Source: Candidatus Poribacteria bacterium
GTDB lineage: Bacteria > Poribacteria > WGA-4E > PCPOR2b
Reading direction: 5' to 3'
Assembly: GCA_965207095.1 (NCBI GenBank)
Contig: CBDBMC010000001.1
Location: 74,357 to 138,356, forward strand
DNA: 64,000 nucleotides
A model generated the notes under the pieces. It saw only the letters and a list, made by a program, of their open reading frames with translations, made no database searches and was not told where the DNA came from. How positions within the stretch are numbered: position 1 is the stretch's first letter; each line of letters starts with the position of its first letter. Positions 1 to 9,676 of this stretch are shown one piece after another. Position numbers and translations under genes: made by a program.

Positions 1-230
1 CGGTCCTCTTTAGAAAGTTGCTCACATGTCGCCCCGCTGGGGCTTAGGTTGTTTGTTTGTCCTGTATTCTATAAACATGTCGCCCCGCTGGGGCTTTGGG
101 TCTGTTTTAGGAGTAGGTGAAACGTCATCTTTTACCATTCTAAGGGCACAATCAACCGATTTTGAGAGTATTTACCCGTAAAATGATAACTTTCAGAGAT
201 TTGGATTTTTCAAACAGGTTCTTAGCAACT
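1..230. repeat. Composite REP-bearing element, family A (truncated by window edge); REP copies at 26-44 and 76-95
   Basis: About 250-bp unit recurring at 8248, 18132, 51233, 57257 and 62003. It holds two direct GTCGCCCCGCTGGGGC hairpin motifs separated by a conserved 31-nt spacer ending CTATAAAC, flanked by duplicated CTGTTTTAAGAGT..GAAACGGTCATCTT arms. Confidence 0.8.
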
Positions 231-276
231 TGGGTTCGTATAAGTCAAGTTGGGGGATACGAACCCCGCTTCTACT

Positions 277-3200
277 TTAGAATACCATCTTCTGCGTGGC
301 GGAATAGTCTCCTGCGGATAGGTGATAGAAGTAGACCCCGCTTGCTACCCCCTCACCGACGTTGTTTCTGCCATCCCAATAGATTGCTTTTGACCGACCC
401 TCGTAGACCGCTGCAATTCGATGCCCCACGTCGATTGTGCGGACGACCTGACCTGCTCCGTCATAGATGGTCAGGGTAACGAAAGCATCCTCTGCCAACC
501 GATACGGTATCCATGTCTCTGGATTGAACGGATTCGGATAATTTGCTAATAGTTCCGTCTCCGTCGGTATCTCGTAGGCAACCAATTCTGGTAACTGAAT
601 CAAACCCCATTTCACATCTTCAACTGTAACGGTATATCGCAACGGTTGCACACCGATGAGTGGATTGGGAGACCGAGCCGAGATTTCAAGGATATCGCCA
701 ACTGTAGCTGCGCGTCCTGTCTCTATATCAACGATGGCGGACCGATAACCGGCCGCATCGGGTGAGGTAACAGCAGCAACTGCACTGCGGGTTGAAAGGT
801 TCTTGACGGTTACTCGGAAGCTTTCTAACTTTAAGCCTGTTTCTTCGTCAACTATTGAACCGCTCAACCCCAAAATGGGTGTAACAGTATCCACTTCGAT
901 ACCCCGCATTACTACCGGTGACGCGGCAGCCATCGCGGAGGTATTATACCAGCCACTACCGGAGATAGCTACCGTTTCCTCTCGTAAAGTGGTCATGATA
1001 AAGGACTGTCCCCCGATGATTGCTATATCTGCAGAATCGCTTGTGGGATTAATCTGTTTGAACTCCCCGTTGTTATCTTGTGCCATAATCACAAGGACGT
1101 TATCTGCAATCCCTTCAAGAGTAAACAGGTTGCTCACATGGGTTATCCTTGAATCTCTCAACGGCACTCCCACAAGGTTGATACCGGGGTTTAGAGTGAT
1201 GATGCTGTTTCCATCTGTTCCGAGGCTGCTACCGCGCAGACGAAGCGGCACCGGGGTTATCAGATTGGTGATAATCCCCATATCATCAGTCAACTGTCTG
1301 TCAACGGGGGTGCTTCTGTCCGAGGGTTTGAGATAGCCAATCCATTGCTGAGTTTGGGAATTACGGGTGAAAAGGTAGATGACATTATCCTCGCTACCGA
1401 GTGCGTCGTAGAGGTCGCCGACCGATTCGATTGTCCCCGCTACTCCGTCAACCATCCTCACCTTCAACGGAACGTGAATCAAGCTGATACCTGATGGAAG
1501 AGCGAGATCAAATTCGAGTAGTTCAGCAACAGCATGAAAGGTCACAGTTTCAGCAATTCCTTCAACACTCACCCGAACTATGTTTGTGACAGGGTCGTTT
1601 CCAAGGGTCAGGGTACTTCGCGCTAAGCCGTTGGCATCACTGTCTACACTTGTCTCACTCAGCAAGCCTCCGCCTACGCTGGCAAGAAAGGTTACAGTAA
1701 CCCCTTCCATCGGGTCGTCGTACTGGTCGTGGACTTTTACGATGAAGGGTTGCATCAACGTCTCACCGGTCAACCCGATTTGATTATTGCCGGAAACGTA
1801 CTTCAGTGTCGTTGGTATCGGTAGTGGGGGAGTCGCCTCTGCACTAAAGAGTGCTGTTTGGGAAATACCTTCGGCACCGACTTTGACCACGTTCGTTCCT
1901 AGATTCGGTCCCAGCGTGAGGAGACTCTGTGCCCTACCATTGGCATCGGTTGTGGTGTTTGTCACACTGAGCGTACCACCGCCTGCAACAACAGCAAATG
2001 TGACCGAGCGCCCTGCGAGCGGAGAACCGTTTCCGTCCCTCGCTTCAACGACAAACATTTTTGCTAAAGTCTCATTAGGCATACCTTCCTGATTATCGCC
2101 TGAGATTTTCAATAGTTTTGATAGCGCAGATAGCGGCAATTGGTTGTATATGACTTCTGGGTCAAATAATATGGTTGAATCTTGACCCATTATAGCTAGC
2201 GTCATTCCATCAGGTGAAAATATGGGCCGTTTCCGAGCTGCAAAAATTTCAGAATCCAAGGTGGCAACAAATCTAGACGTTCTTGCATCCCAAACACTAA
2301 CCGAGCCACGACTTTCACGACTAGTACTTCTTAAAATCATCATTGAACTATCGGGTAAAAATGCCATAAAATCATTTCTATCAATAGTAGCCATGTCTCG
2401 CGTTATTAGATTCCATACCTTCACTCCTACATTTAATTTATGAAAAACAAGCATTGTTCCATCAGGCGAGAACGCTGCATAAGGACTATCACCGTCCAAG
2501 ATTTCAATGTTTTGTTTTGTGGCTATATCCCACAATCGAACAGTTTTGTCCCGTGATACAGAAGCAAGGGTATTCCCATCCGGCGAATATGTTATATGCC
2601 TAACTCCGTCTAGAGGTCCTCCCAATGTGGCGATAGGCTGCCCTGTTACAACATCCCATAATGTGATTATATGCCTCGTAGCCGATGCAAGCGTCTTTCC
2701 GTCAGGTGAAAACGCCCAATCTGCAACTGATGGATTTTCAATGATACCCGTCTGTGTTTGGGTTGGAACATCCCATAATCTGGTAAACTTTTCCCCACCG
2801 ACACGATACGCAAGTGTTCTCCCGTCCGGTGAAAACGATACAAGCCGAACATGGGAACTAGGCTTTACAGGAATAGTGGCAACATCTCTTCCTGTATTGA
2901 CCTCCCACACTTTTACGCCTCGAGTACCACCCGTTGCAAGCATGGTGCTATCAGGCGAGAACGATATAGGGGTCAATCCTATATGCCCTAAGTCAATAGT
3001 ATTGCCTGTGTTAATATCCCATACCTTTACAATATCATTCTGGGCATCAACAGTAAGAAAGGTCTTTCCATCTGGTGAAAAAACAATAGAGTTCATGTCA
3101 TAAACAGTAGGATCTTCATAAAGTGCAATAATGGACCGCGTTGTTACGTCCCACAAATGAATTGTATCAGGCGGAGAAGCCTCTATCCAAGCGAGTGTCT

Positions 3201-6003
3201 TTCCATCGGGCGAAAAAGCCACAGTCGAGATGCGCTCTGTCCTTCTAATCGTAAGGAGTTCTGTCCCTGTTATGGTATCCCACAATTTTACTGTGGCATC
3301 CCCTCCACCCGATGCAAGTATATTTTCAGTTGGTGAAAATGCGATAGAATTGACACGACCTGCATGCCCAAATGTATTTTTCAATTGACCTGTTAAGACA
3401 TCCCACACTCTTACTAATCCAGCCCACCCAGCACCAGCAATTAGAGCACCATCATGTGACACTGATATGGTATCAATAGTATCTTCAGAGTCCAGCCGTA
3501 CAAGCTCTTGCATTGTCACAATATCCCATAGTATTATTGTCCTTCCATCGGAGGACGCAATAGTTTTTCCATTGGGAGAAAATGCTACATGTCTACCAAT
3601 TCCTCCATCTGAACTAAAAGTAGTAATTTTTTCTTTTGTTACAATACTCCACACCTGATTCTGAATAAGCCCCTCCCGTGAGCTGCCAACAATGGCATTT
3701 CCATCGGGTGAAAATGCGATACTGTTCACAGGATATTGACTAGGAAGCAGCGCAACTTCCCTATAATTTACCGTATCATAAAGCCATATACCAGTACTGC
3801 TTGATACGGCGAGATATTGACCGTTGGACGAAAATGCTGCCGCCCTATCACTCCAGCCAGGACCTCCTTTGCCTATTCGGAATCTTGCTCTAGTTGGCAA
3901 ATTCCACGTTTGATACCTATTGCTTTCTCTTACTTCTTGTGTGCCTTCTAAAATTGTCACAGCTACCTTAGAACTATCCACTTGCTCTGTCGGTTCTTCC
4001 GAAAGGGTAAATTTTCTACGAGAAGATACATCCCCATTTATATCAACGGCTACAATAGAAATATCCTGTTGGGTATTCGTAGAAAGGCTAGTAAAACTGC
4101 TGCCTGGCACATCGCCATCATATTCAAATTTCACAACAACTTCCTTTTCGCCCATCAGGTGACGGCATGCTTTCACTTCCGGCAAACCAGCCGGAGCCAG
4201 TGAGCCTGCTGATGTAACAAAGAAGATAACTTGATGTATCCCTTGCGAATCAGCAACCTTAACTTGAATATCGACACTTTCTGATCCTGCTGGATACGTA
4301 GTTGATGAAGTCGATTTGATCGTTGGGGAACGCCCATTTTCAGTTGGAATATCAGGGTTGAAATAAGGACTTACCGACAAAAAATCAGCACTGCATTTGG
4401 ACAATCTATCTTGATCAGGCCCGTCACTAGGCGCTCGATTGTATCCCGCCCCATACGACATGATATATCCGCCGCTACGGAAATCGTGTTGTAGTCCAAA
4501 CGCGTGACCTATCTCATGAGCAGAGAGTTTATCATACCCCGGTTCGTTAGCCTCTATTCTGTCCTGAAAATGATGCGCAGGGATTAAGAGATTTCCACCA
4601 TTCTTTCCAGAACTCCCTGCATTAGCATTCACGCGGCTATTTCCAACTCCCGTACCAATACCATCAATGCTACTATCGACGACAATAAAGTAGATGTTTT
4701 GCCAAACATCAAATTCTTGTCGGACCTCAGTACGCACAGTGTTACCTGTATCGTCAACATAGTAAATCTCGGACTGTTGCCCATCCACACGATGTACCAC
4801 CGGCTTGCCTTGTGCATCACTTTCAATCTTGAAAGTCATATCATATCCATGCACCTTCATACTCTCGTTATAGAAGACTTGAACTCTGAGAATCTCATCT
4901 TTCATCCGCTGAACCACATTTTCACGATATGGACGGTCATTTGGTAAGAAGTAGATCAGCCGTACCGTGCGCGGTTCGCCGACGTTCCGCCCGCCAGCTA
5001 GAACGTCAACAGTGACTCCTCGATTCTGGAGGGTTGGGATATGGGTGCCGGAGGATGGAGAACTGAGAGGGTTTCCTCGCAGATAGACCATGTCTCCATT
5101 TCCCAATCCCGTATTTGCCACTAATGCTGATATATCCGATATCGAGTTGTCCACAACATACAGCGATGTCAGATTAGTCAAGCCCGAAACCGCTGATATA
5201 TCTGATACCCAGTTATACGGAAAATGCAGGTATGCCAGATTAGTCAAGCCCGAAACCGCCGATATGTCCGATACCAAGTTATACCCAAGATACAGCGATG
5301 TCAGCTTAATCAAGCCCGAAACCGCCGATATGTCCGATACCGAGTTGTTCCTGAGACTCAGGATTGTCAGATTAGTCAAGCCCGAAACCGCCGATATGTC
5401 CGATACCAAGTTATCCTGAAGATTCAGCGATGTCAACTGAGTTAAGTCTCCCAACGCTGATATATCTGATACCGAATTGTTTGAAAAGCCCAATGTTTTC
5501 AGGTGAGTCAAGTCCGAAACCGCCGATATATCTGATATGAAGTTATTCCCAAGATGCAGCAATGTCAGGTTGGTTAACCCCGACAATGATGTGATGTCCG
5601 AAATTGAGTTATTCCCAAGATGCAACGATCTCAGATTAGTCAAGCCCGAAACCGCCGATATATCTGATATGAAGTTCCACCCAAGATACAACGTTCTCAG
5701 GCTGGTTAACCCTGACAATGATGTGATGTCCGAAATCGAGTTGCGCCCAAGATACAGCGATATCAGGTTGATTGCATGTTCCAGCCCGGTCAAATCACTG
5801 ATGTTGGACTCTCTCGCTGTAAGACTTCTCAATGCTGCCATATCTGACGAGGTGATGGGATCACCTGACGCCTTGCCCAATTCCGCCATAATTGCAGCGC
5901 GGAGGTTGGGATCAGGGATGTCTACCGTTTGTGCGGTTGACGTTGACGGAATTGAGAGGAAAATCAACAGGATAAGGGTAAAACGATGAGCCGGTATTGT
6001 CAT
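277..6003 (-). CDS. Giant secreted mosaic protein: signal peptide, internalin-like LRRs, HEIGHAFGLQHD zinc-metalloprotease (metzincin-like) domain, WD40 beta-propeller repeats, Big (bacterial Ig-like) domains, shared DUF module, T9SS C-terminal sorting domain
   Basis: Single 1927-codon ORF; likely start at the internal ATG at 6003 (MTIPAHRFTLILLIFLSIPSTSTA signal) with GGGGAG SD. Motifs LxxLxLxxNxISDIS xN, HEIGHAFGLQHD (DNA at 4505-4519), repeated FSPDG..WD units, NYPNPFNPETWIPY...GVYFY tail (TIGR04183-like). Confidence 0.8.
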   Translation of the reverse strand: MTIPAHRFTLILLIFLSIPSTSTAQTVDIPDPNLRAAIMAELGKASGDPITSSDMAALRSLTARESNISDLTGLEHAINLISLYLGRNSISDITSLSGLTSLRTLYLGWNFISDISAVSGLTNLRSLHLGNNSISDITSLSGLTNLTLLHLGNNFISDISAVSDLTHLKTLGFSNNSVSDISALGDLTQLTSLNLQDNLVSDISAVSGLTNLTILSLRNNSVSDISAVSGLIKLTSLYLGYNLVSDISAVSGLTNLAYLHFPYNWVSDISAVSGLTNLTSLYVVDNSISDISALVANTGLGNGDMVYLRGNPLSSPSSGTHIPTLQNRGVTVDVLAGGRNVGEPRTVRLIYFLPNDRPYRENVVQRMKDEILRVQVFYNESMKVHGYDMTFKIESDAQGKPVVHRVDGQQSEIYYVDDTGNTVRTEVRQEFDVWQNIYFIVVDSSIDGIGTGVGNSRVNANAGSSGKNGGNLLIPAHHFQDRIEANEPGYDKLSAHEIGHAFGLQHDFRSGGYIMSYGAGYNRAPSDGPDQDRLSKCSADFLSVSPYFNPDIPTENGRSPTIKSTSSTTYPAGSESVDIQVKVADSQGIHQVIFFVTSAGSLAPAGLPEVKACRHLMGEKEVVVKFEYDGDVPGSSFTSLSTNTQQDISIVAVDINGDVSSRRKFTLSEEPTEQVDSSKVAVTILEGTQEVRESNRYQTWNLPTRARFRIGKGGPGWSDRAAAFSSNGQYLAVSSSTGIWLYDTVNYREVALLPSQYPVNSIAFSPDGNAIVGSSREGLIQNQVWSIVTKEKITTFSSDGGIGRHVAFSPNGKTIASSDGRTIILWDIVTMQELVRLDSEDTIDTISVSHDGALIAGAGWAGLVRVWDVLTGQLKNTFGHAGRVNSIAFSPTENILASGGGDATVKLWDTITGTELLTIRRTERISTVAFSPDGKTLAWIEASPPDTIHLWDVTTRSIIALYEDPTVYDMNSIVFSPDGKTFLTVDAQNDIVKVWDINTGNTIDLGHIGLTPISFSPDSTMLATGGTRGVKVWEVNTGRDVATIPVKPSSHVRLVSFSPDGRTLAYRVGGEKFTRLWDVPTQTQTGIIENPSVADWAFSPDGKTLASATRHIITLWDVVTGQPIATLGGPLDGVRHITYSPDGNTLASVSRDKTVRLWDIATKQNIEILDGDSPYAAFSPDGTMLVFHKLNVGVKVWNLITRDMATIDRNDFMAFLPDSSMMILRSTSRESRGSVSVWDARTSRFVATLDSEIFAARKRPIFSPDGMTLAIMGQDSTILFDPEVIYNQLPLSALSKLLKISGDNQEGMPNETLAKMFVVEARDGNGSPLAGRSVTFAVVAGGGTLSVTNTTTDANGRAQSLLTLGPNLGTNVVKVGAEGISQTALFSAEATPPLPIPTTLKYVSGNNQIGLTGETLMQPFIVKVHDQYDDPMEGVTVTFLASVGGGLLSETSVDSDANGLARSTLTLGNDPVTNIVRVSVEGIAETVTFHAVAELLEFDLALPSGISLIHVPLKVRMVDGVAGTIESVGDLYDALGSEDNVIYLFTRNSQTQQWIGYLKPSDRSTPVDRQLTDDMGIITNLITPVPLRLRGSSLGTDGNSIITLNPGINLVGVPLRDSRITHVSNLFTLEGIADNVLVIMAQDNNGEFKQINPTSDSADIAIIGGQSFIMTTLREETVAISGSGWYNTSAMAAASPVVMRGIEVDTVTPILGLSGSIVDEETGLKLESFRVTVKNLSTRSAVAAVTSPDAAGYRSAIVDIETGRAATVGDILEISARSPNPLIGVQPLRYTVTVEDVKWGLIQLPELVAYEIPTETELLANYPNPFNPETWIPYRLAEDAFVTLTIYDGAGQVVRTIDVGHRIAAVYEGRSKAIYWDGRNNVGEGVASGVYFYHLSAGDYSATQKMVF

Positions 6004-6294
6004 AGATTTTCTCCCCTGAAGCTGGAAACGTATATGGGACACTGGTATCTTGATGGTCATACCACCTACCCTATCTGGCTTGTGCCTCGCTGCCTCACCT
6101 GCTGACTTTCATTATCCCTACACGCCTAAGCTTTAGTAAGGACGACATGTGTATAAAGCACCAACCCAATGAACCAATAAACTAACAAAGTCCAGTAGGG
6201 TAATATGTAGTAGCTTCCCTTAATATAGGCTACTATAGGCAGTGTATCAGACTATAAACGGCGTGTCAAGTATGCCCTAGATGTTTTCTATCCT

Positions 6295-6322
6295 TGACAA
6301 TTGCGAAATAACATAATACAAT
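6295..6322 (+). promoter_or_regulatory. Putative sigma70-type promoter (TTGACA -16 nt- TACAAT) upstream of aldo-keto reductase gene
   Basis: TTGACA at 6295-6300 and TACAAT at 6317-6322, about 45 nt upstream of the ATG at 6368. Confidence 0.4.
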
Positions 6323-6367
6323 GATGCGCTGAACAATCGCTAACAGCGGAAATAGGGGAGGCTGATC

Positions 6368-7363
6368 ATGGAATATAAAGCGTTTGGGCAAACCGGAATG
6401 CAGGTCTCAGCCATCGGGTTCGGCTGCTGGGAGATGGGCGGCGGTTACGGCTCTATTGAGGAAACAGAAGTCATTGACGCAATCCATCGCGCGCTCGACC
6501 TCGGCATCAACTGCTTCGATACCGCCGAAGCCTACGGCATGGGCAGGTCCGAAGAACTGTTGGCACGCGCGTTGGGAAACCGACGCAAAGATGTTATCGT
6601 CGTCTCAAAGTTCGGGATTAACTACGACAACGACCGTCTGAAAGGACGGGATAGCCGTCGCGAAATGGCACACGCTGCAATCGATCGGCGTTTGAAAGCG
6701 CTGAACACCGACTACCTCGATGTGTATCTGGTGCATTGGCCCGACCGCACCACCCCGTTCGATGAAACAATGGAGGCGTTGGAAGAGATTGTGCAGCAAG
6801 GAAAAGCGAGATTTGTCGGTCTCTCCAATTTCACCAGAGACGAAATCCAGAGGTGCATGGACACACGACGTGTCGATGTTATACAATATGCCTGCAACCT
6901 GTTTGATCGGCGCATGGCAAAATGGATTTTCCCCTACGCCCAAGAAAACGGGATCGGCGTCATGACATACGGCTCGCTCGCTTACGGCATGTTGGCGGGC
7001 GCGTTCACCGAGGAAACAACATTTGAGGATGACGATTGGCGACACAGAGGCGGAAGTAACATGTCGCTAAAGCTGTTTCTGCCGGGGATCTTCCAACGCA
7101 ATGTTCAAGCGGTGAACAAGCTCAAGGAAATTGCGGAAGGGCTTGGGAAAAAGCTGCCGCACCTCGCACTCAATTGGGTAATCTCCAACCCAGCGGTCAG
7201 CGTATCACTCGTTGGGGCAAGACGGGCTTCTGAAGTAGAGGATAACATGGGTGCCATCGGTTGGCAACTGACGGACGATGTGAAGGCGGAAATAGATCGC
7301 GTCTTCGCTGAGTACGAAATTGATACAGCACCTAACAAATGGACTGAACAGATCGATCAATAA
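6368..7363 (+). CDS. Aldo/keto reductase family oxidoreductase
   Basis: 331 aa; GFGCWEMGG...INCFDTAEAYGMGRSEELLARALG...LVHWPD motifs typical of AKRs; SD GGGGAGG upstream. Confidence 0.9.
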   Translation: MEYKAFGQTGMQVSAIGFGCWEMGGGYGSIEETEVIDAIHRALDLGINCFDTAEAYGMGRSEELLARALGNRRKDVIVVSKFGINYDNDRLKGRDSRREMAHAAIDRRLKALNTDYLDVYLVHWPDRTTPFDETMEALEEIVQQGKARFVGLSNFTRDEIQRCMDTRRVDVIQYACNLFDRRMAKWIFPYAQENGIGVMTYGSLAYGMLAGAFTEETTFEDDDWRHRGGSNMSLKLFLPGIFQRNVQAVNKLKEIAEGLGKKLPHLALNWVISNPAVSVSLVGARRASEVEDNMGAIGWQLTDDVKAEIDRVFAEYEIDTAPNKWTEQIDQ

Positions 7364-7393
7364 CCTGAAACGAAGGAGAGAACAGTCGCACAG

Positions 7394-7993
7394 ATGCAAT
7401 CTGCAACCAAATATCGAACAGTTTTAATTTTTGGTGCCCCTGGCACAGGAAAAGGAACGCAAGGCAAAATTCTTAACCAGATTCCGGGATTTGTACATGT
7501 CGCTTGTGGAGAGGTACTCCGCTCCCTAGATCTCCATAGCAGACTCGGCAAAGTTTTCTTAGAATACTCGAGCAAAGGGGAGTTTGTCCCGGACGATATC
7601 GCGATTCAATTATGGCGTGATTATATCGATGATTTGGTGCAGGAGAAGCGATTCCAACCACAGGTGGACTATTTGCTCCTAGATGGTATCCCCCGCAATC
7701 TGCCGCAGGCGCGCGCGATGGATTGTCATATTGATGTGCGTCAGATCATCTATCTGCGATGTCAGGACCCGGAGGTGCTTGTGAAACGTATGAAAAGCCG
7801 GGCACATCGTGAAAAGCGGTTCGACGATGTCAACGAAAAGGTGATTAGACACCGGCTTGAGGAGTATGAGGCGCAGACTGCACCGACCCTGTCCTACTAC
7901 CCACCAGACGTTATTCAAGAGATTGACGCAACCGACACGCCTGTCGGGGTTCTCCAAGAAATTACGAGCGGCCTCCGAAAAGTACTCAGTTGA
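7394..7993 (+). CDS. adk: Adenylate kinase (short type)
   Basis: GAPGTGKGTQ P-loop, LLDGIPRNLPQARAM and RHRLEEYEAQTAPTLSYY match Adk NMP-binding and core motifs. Confidence 0.75.
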   Translation: MQSATKYRTVLIFGAPGTGKGTQGKILNQIPGFVHVACGEVLRSLDLHSRLGKVFLEYSSKGEFVPDDIAIQLWRDYIDDLVQEKRFQPQVDYLLLDGIPRNLPQARAMDCHIDVRQIIYLRCQDPEVLVKRMKSRAHREKRFDDVNEKVIRHRLEEYEAQTAPTLSYYPPDVIQEIDATDTPVGVLQEITSGLRKVLS

Positions 7994-8127
7994 TATGAAT
8001 TTAGGTGGAGATAGGAATATTGTTATTGCTGGAGTATTCGGTGAGGAAAACCGTGCGCGTGGGATATTAACTTTCTCAACGCCCCACCTTATCGCCATTA
8101 CTGATACGATTACAAGCCTTTATCTCT

Positions 8128-8247
8128 AATGAAGATTAAATCGGTAATTTGCTATCGGCACCAACGCGGTCCGATAAATCGAGACCAGGGTTGGAAACCG
8201 CGCCTACCGTGTGTTTCAGGGAAAATCGGGATTACCGATTTAAATAC
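8128..8247. repeat. MITE fragment of the GGTTGGAAACCGC-hairpin family (B/C)
   Basis: Near-identical to 50978-51100 (gaagattaaa..tcggtaatttgctatcg..gcggttggaaaccgcgcctac..gattaccgatttaaatactta). Confidence 0.7.
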
Positions 8248-8497
8248 TTAGAGCCTGTTTTAAAAGTGAAACGGTCATCTTTAGGAAGTTCACATGTCGC
8301 CCCGCTGGGGCTTAGGTTGTTTGTTTGTCCCGTATTCTATAAACATGTCGCCCCGCTGGGGCTAAGAATCTGTTTTAAGAGTACGTGAAACGGTCATCTT
8401 TTGCCATTCTAGAGACACAATCAACCGATTTTGAGAGTATTTACCCGTAAACTGACAACTTTCAGAGATTATTTGGATTTTTCAAACAGGTTCTTAA
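8248..8497. repeat. Composite REP-bearing element, family A; REP copies at 8294-8312 and 8344-8363
   Basis: Same architecture as the copy at 1-230. Confidence 0.85.
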
Positions 8498-8613
8498 ACC
8501 TCATTACAAAGTATCTTCGATGGCAGGTTTTCTTGAATCCGTGTAATCCTCTGATCCGCGCCAATCTGCGATTCAGACAACGAGAGAACCGTCAGCGCGC
8601 TCTACCCAACCCG

Positions 8614-9639
8614 TCAAATTGCAGCAAGCGCCGCCGAGAGTGCCTTGATGTAGCCGACGGAATATGCCAAAGCACCTCCCGCGTCAGAGCCATCTCCCTC
8701 TATCGGGAAGATATGGTCTGGATTCAAACACCCATCAAAACCCACCTCGTTGAGCGCATGGACAATCTTGAACATATTCATGTCGCCGTCGTCCAAGAGC
8801 GTCTCCTCGTAACCCCCCGCGGTTGCCAGACTGCCTCGCACGTTCCGGAAATGAACCATGAAGATCCGCCCCTTGCGTCCGTAGTTCTGAATCTCATCTA
8901 ACACCAACGGGAGTCCACCCGCTTCTGCCCGTGTCCCACAGCAGTACAGATACCCCACATTCGGACTGGGAAACGCATCAATTACCCGATGAAATCCCAA
9001 TGTGCCGAACGGTGTGTCTGGCAGGGGGATATCCGACGGATGGATCGCAAGTTTGATATCGTATGCCTCAGCGATGGGCACCAGCCGCTGGTAGACCCGA
9101 CAGAAATGTCGCCACCAATCGTCCAGTTCCTCACGGCTGGGCGGCTCGTTAGCCGGGAACAGGGACCAGTGGTGAAATCTGTACGCCTTCAGCTCCGCCT
9201 CGCTGCGGGGTTTGGGTTGGTCGCCGGTCAACCAACGGCTGCCCCCACTGCCGAGAAAGCCAGCGCGATGTACGGACCGATAGAAGGTTATCAGGTGATT
9301 GAAGGTGTCCCCTTCAAAGCGTTGCCGGGCAATGGGCATGCCTGCCTCCCCGAATACCCGCATCGCCTGCTCAGTGTTTTCCAACTCTACCTCGCTACCT
9401 TCCTCATCCCCCATAAACCTCTCGGTGATATCGGGCAAGGTCACACGATTGATTCGCAGTCCCCATGAATAGATCTTCTTTTTGATCTTGAGCAGTTCGT
9501 CCAGATCCGGGTAGCCCTGTTCCTTGACGCCGGGGAAAAAGTCGCCGGAACCGAAGTCAACGCAGTCAACCCCCAACTGTGTGATCCGTTTCAGGTAGCT
9601 GTCCGAAAGATTGCCGCAACTTACAGATATGCCAAACAT
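8614..9639 (-). CDS. Mannonate dehydratase (UxuA)-family / xylose-isomerase-like TIM-barrel protein
   Basis: 341 aa; HPSDIPLPDTPFG..., CCGTRAEAG and IFMVHFRNVRG align with UxuA HPDDPP / C.GS / IYFTHLR motifs. The UxuA WRWYG N-terminal motif is absent. Confidence 0.5.
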   Translation of the reverse strand: MFGISVSCGNLSDSYLKRITQLGVDCVDFGSGDFFPGVKEQGYPDLDELLKIKKKIYSWGLRINRVTLPDITERFMGDEEGSEVELENTEQAMRVFGEAGMPIARQRFEGDTFNHLITFYRSVHRAGFLGSGGSRWLTGDQPKPRSEAELKAYRFHHWSLFPANEPPSREELDDWWRHFCRVYQRLVPIAEAYDIKLAIHPSDIPLPDTPFGTLGFHRVIDAFPSPNVGYLYCCGTRAEAGGLPLVLDEIQNYGRKGRIFMVHFRNVRGSLATAGGYEETLLDDGDMNMFKIVHALNEVGFDGCLNPDHIFPIEGDGSDAGGALAYSVGYIKALSAALAAI

Positions 9640-9676
9640 GGTGTTCTCCTTAATGCCACCATTGGTAGAATATTGG

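Noticed and set aside
26-95. Possible mini-CRISPR arrays: two 19-22-nt repeats separated by an about 33-nt spacer at 11 loci
   Set aside because: Only two repeats per locus. Repeats are short and strongly hairpin-forming. Spacers are conserved between several loci and all end in CTATAAAC. An IS200-like RAYT gene is adjacent. No cas genes are present. REP doublets (REPIN-like) explain the pattern.
230-270. tRNA-like T-loop (GGGGTTCGTATCCCC) just downstream of the giant gene
   Set aside because: No matching acceptor stem, D-arm or anticodon arm can be built around it. It is more likely a simple hairpin or terminator at the end of a family A element.
162-479. ORF-track ORFs MRVFTRKMITFRDLDFSNRF... 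(162-479, 8431-8901) and 17044-17301, 48197-48637
   Set aside because: They lie entirely within repeat elements (family A, MITEs) and recur with frame-disrupting differences, so they are repeat artefacts rather than genes.
803-1336. Plus-strand ORF 803-1336 and minus-strand ORF 26943-27524 with similar translations
   Set aside because: Both are antisense to well-supported long genes. They reflect the inverted DNA duplication of the shared module, not real genes.
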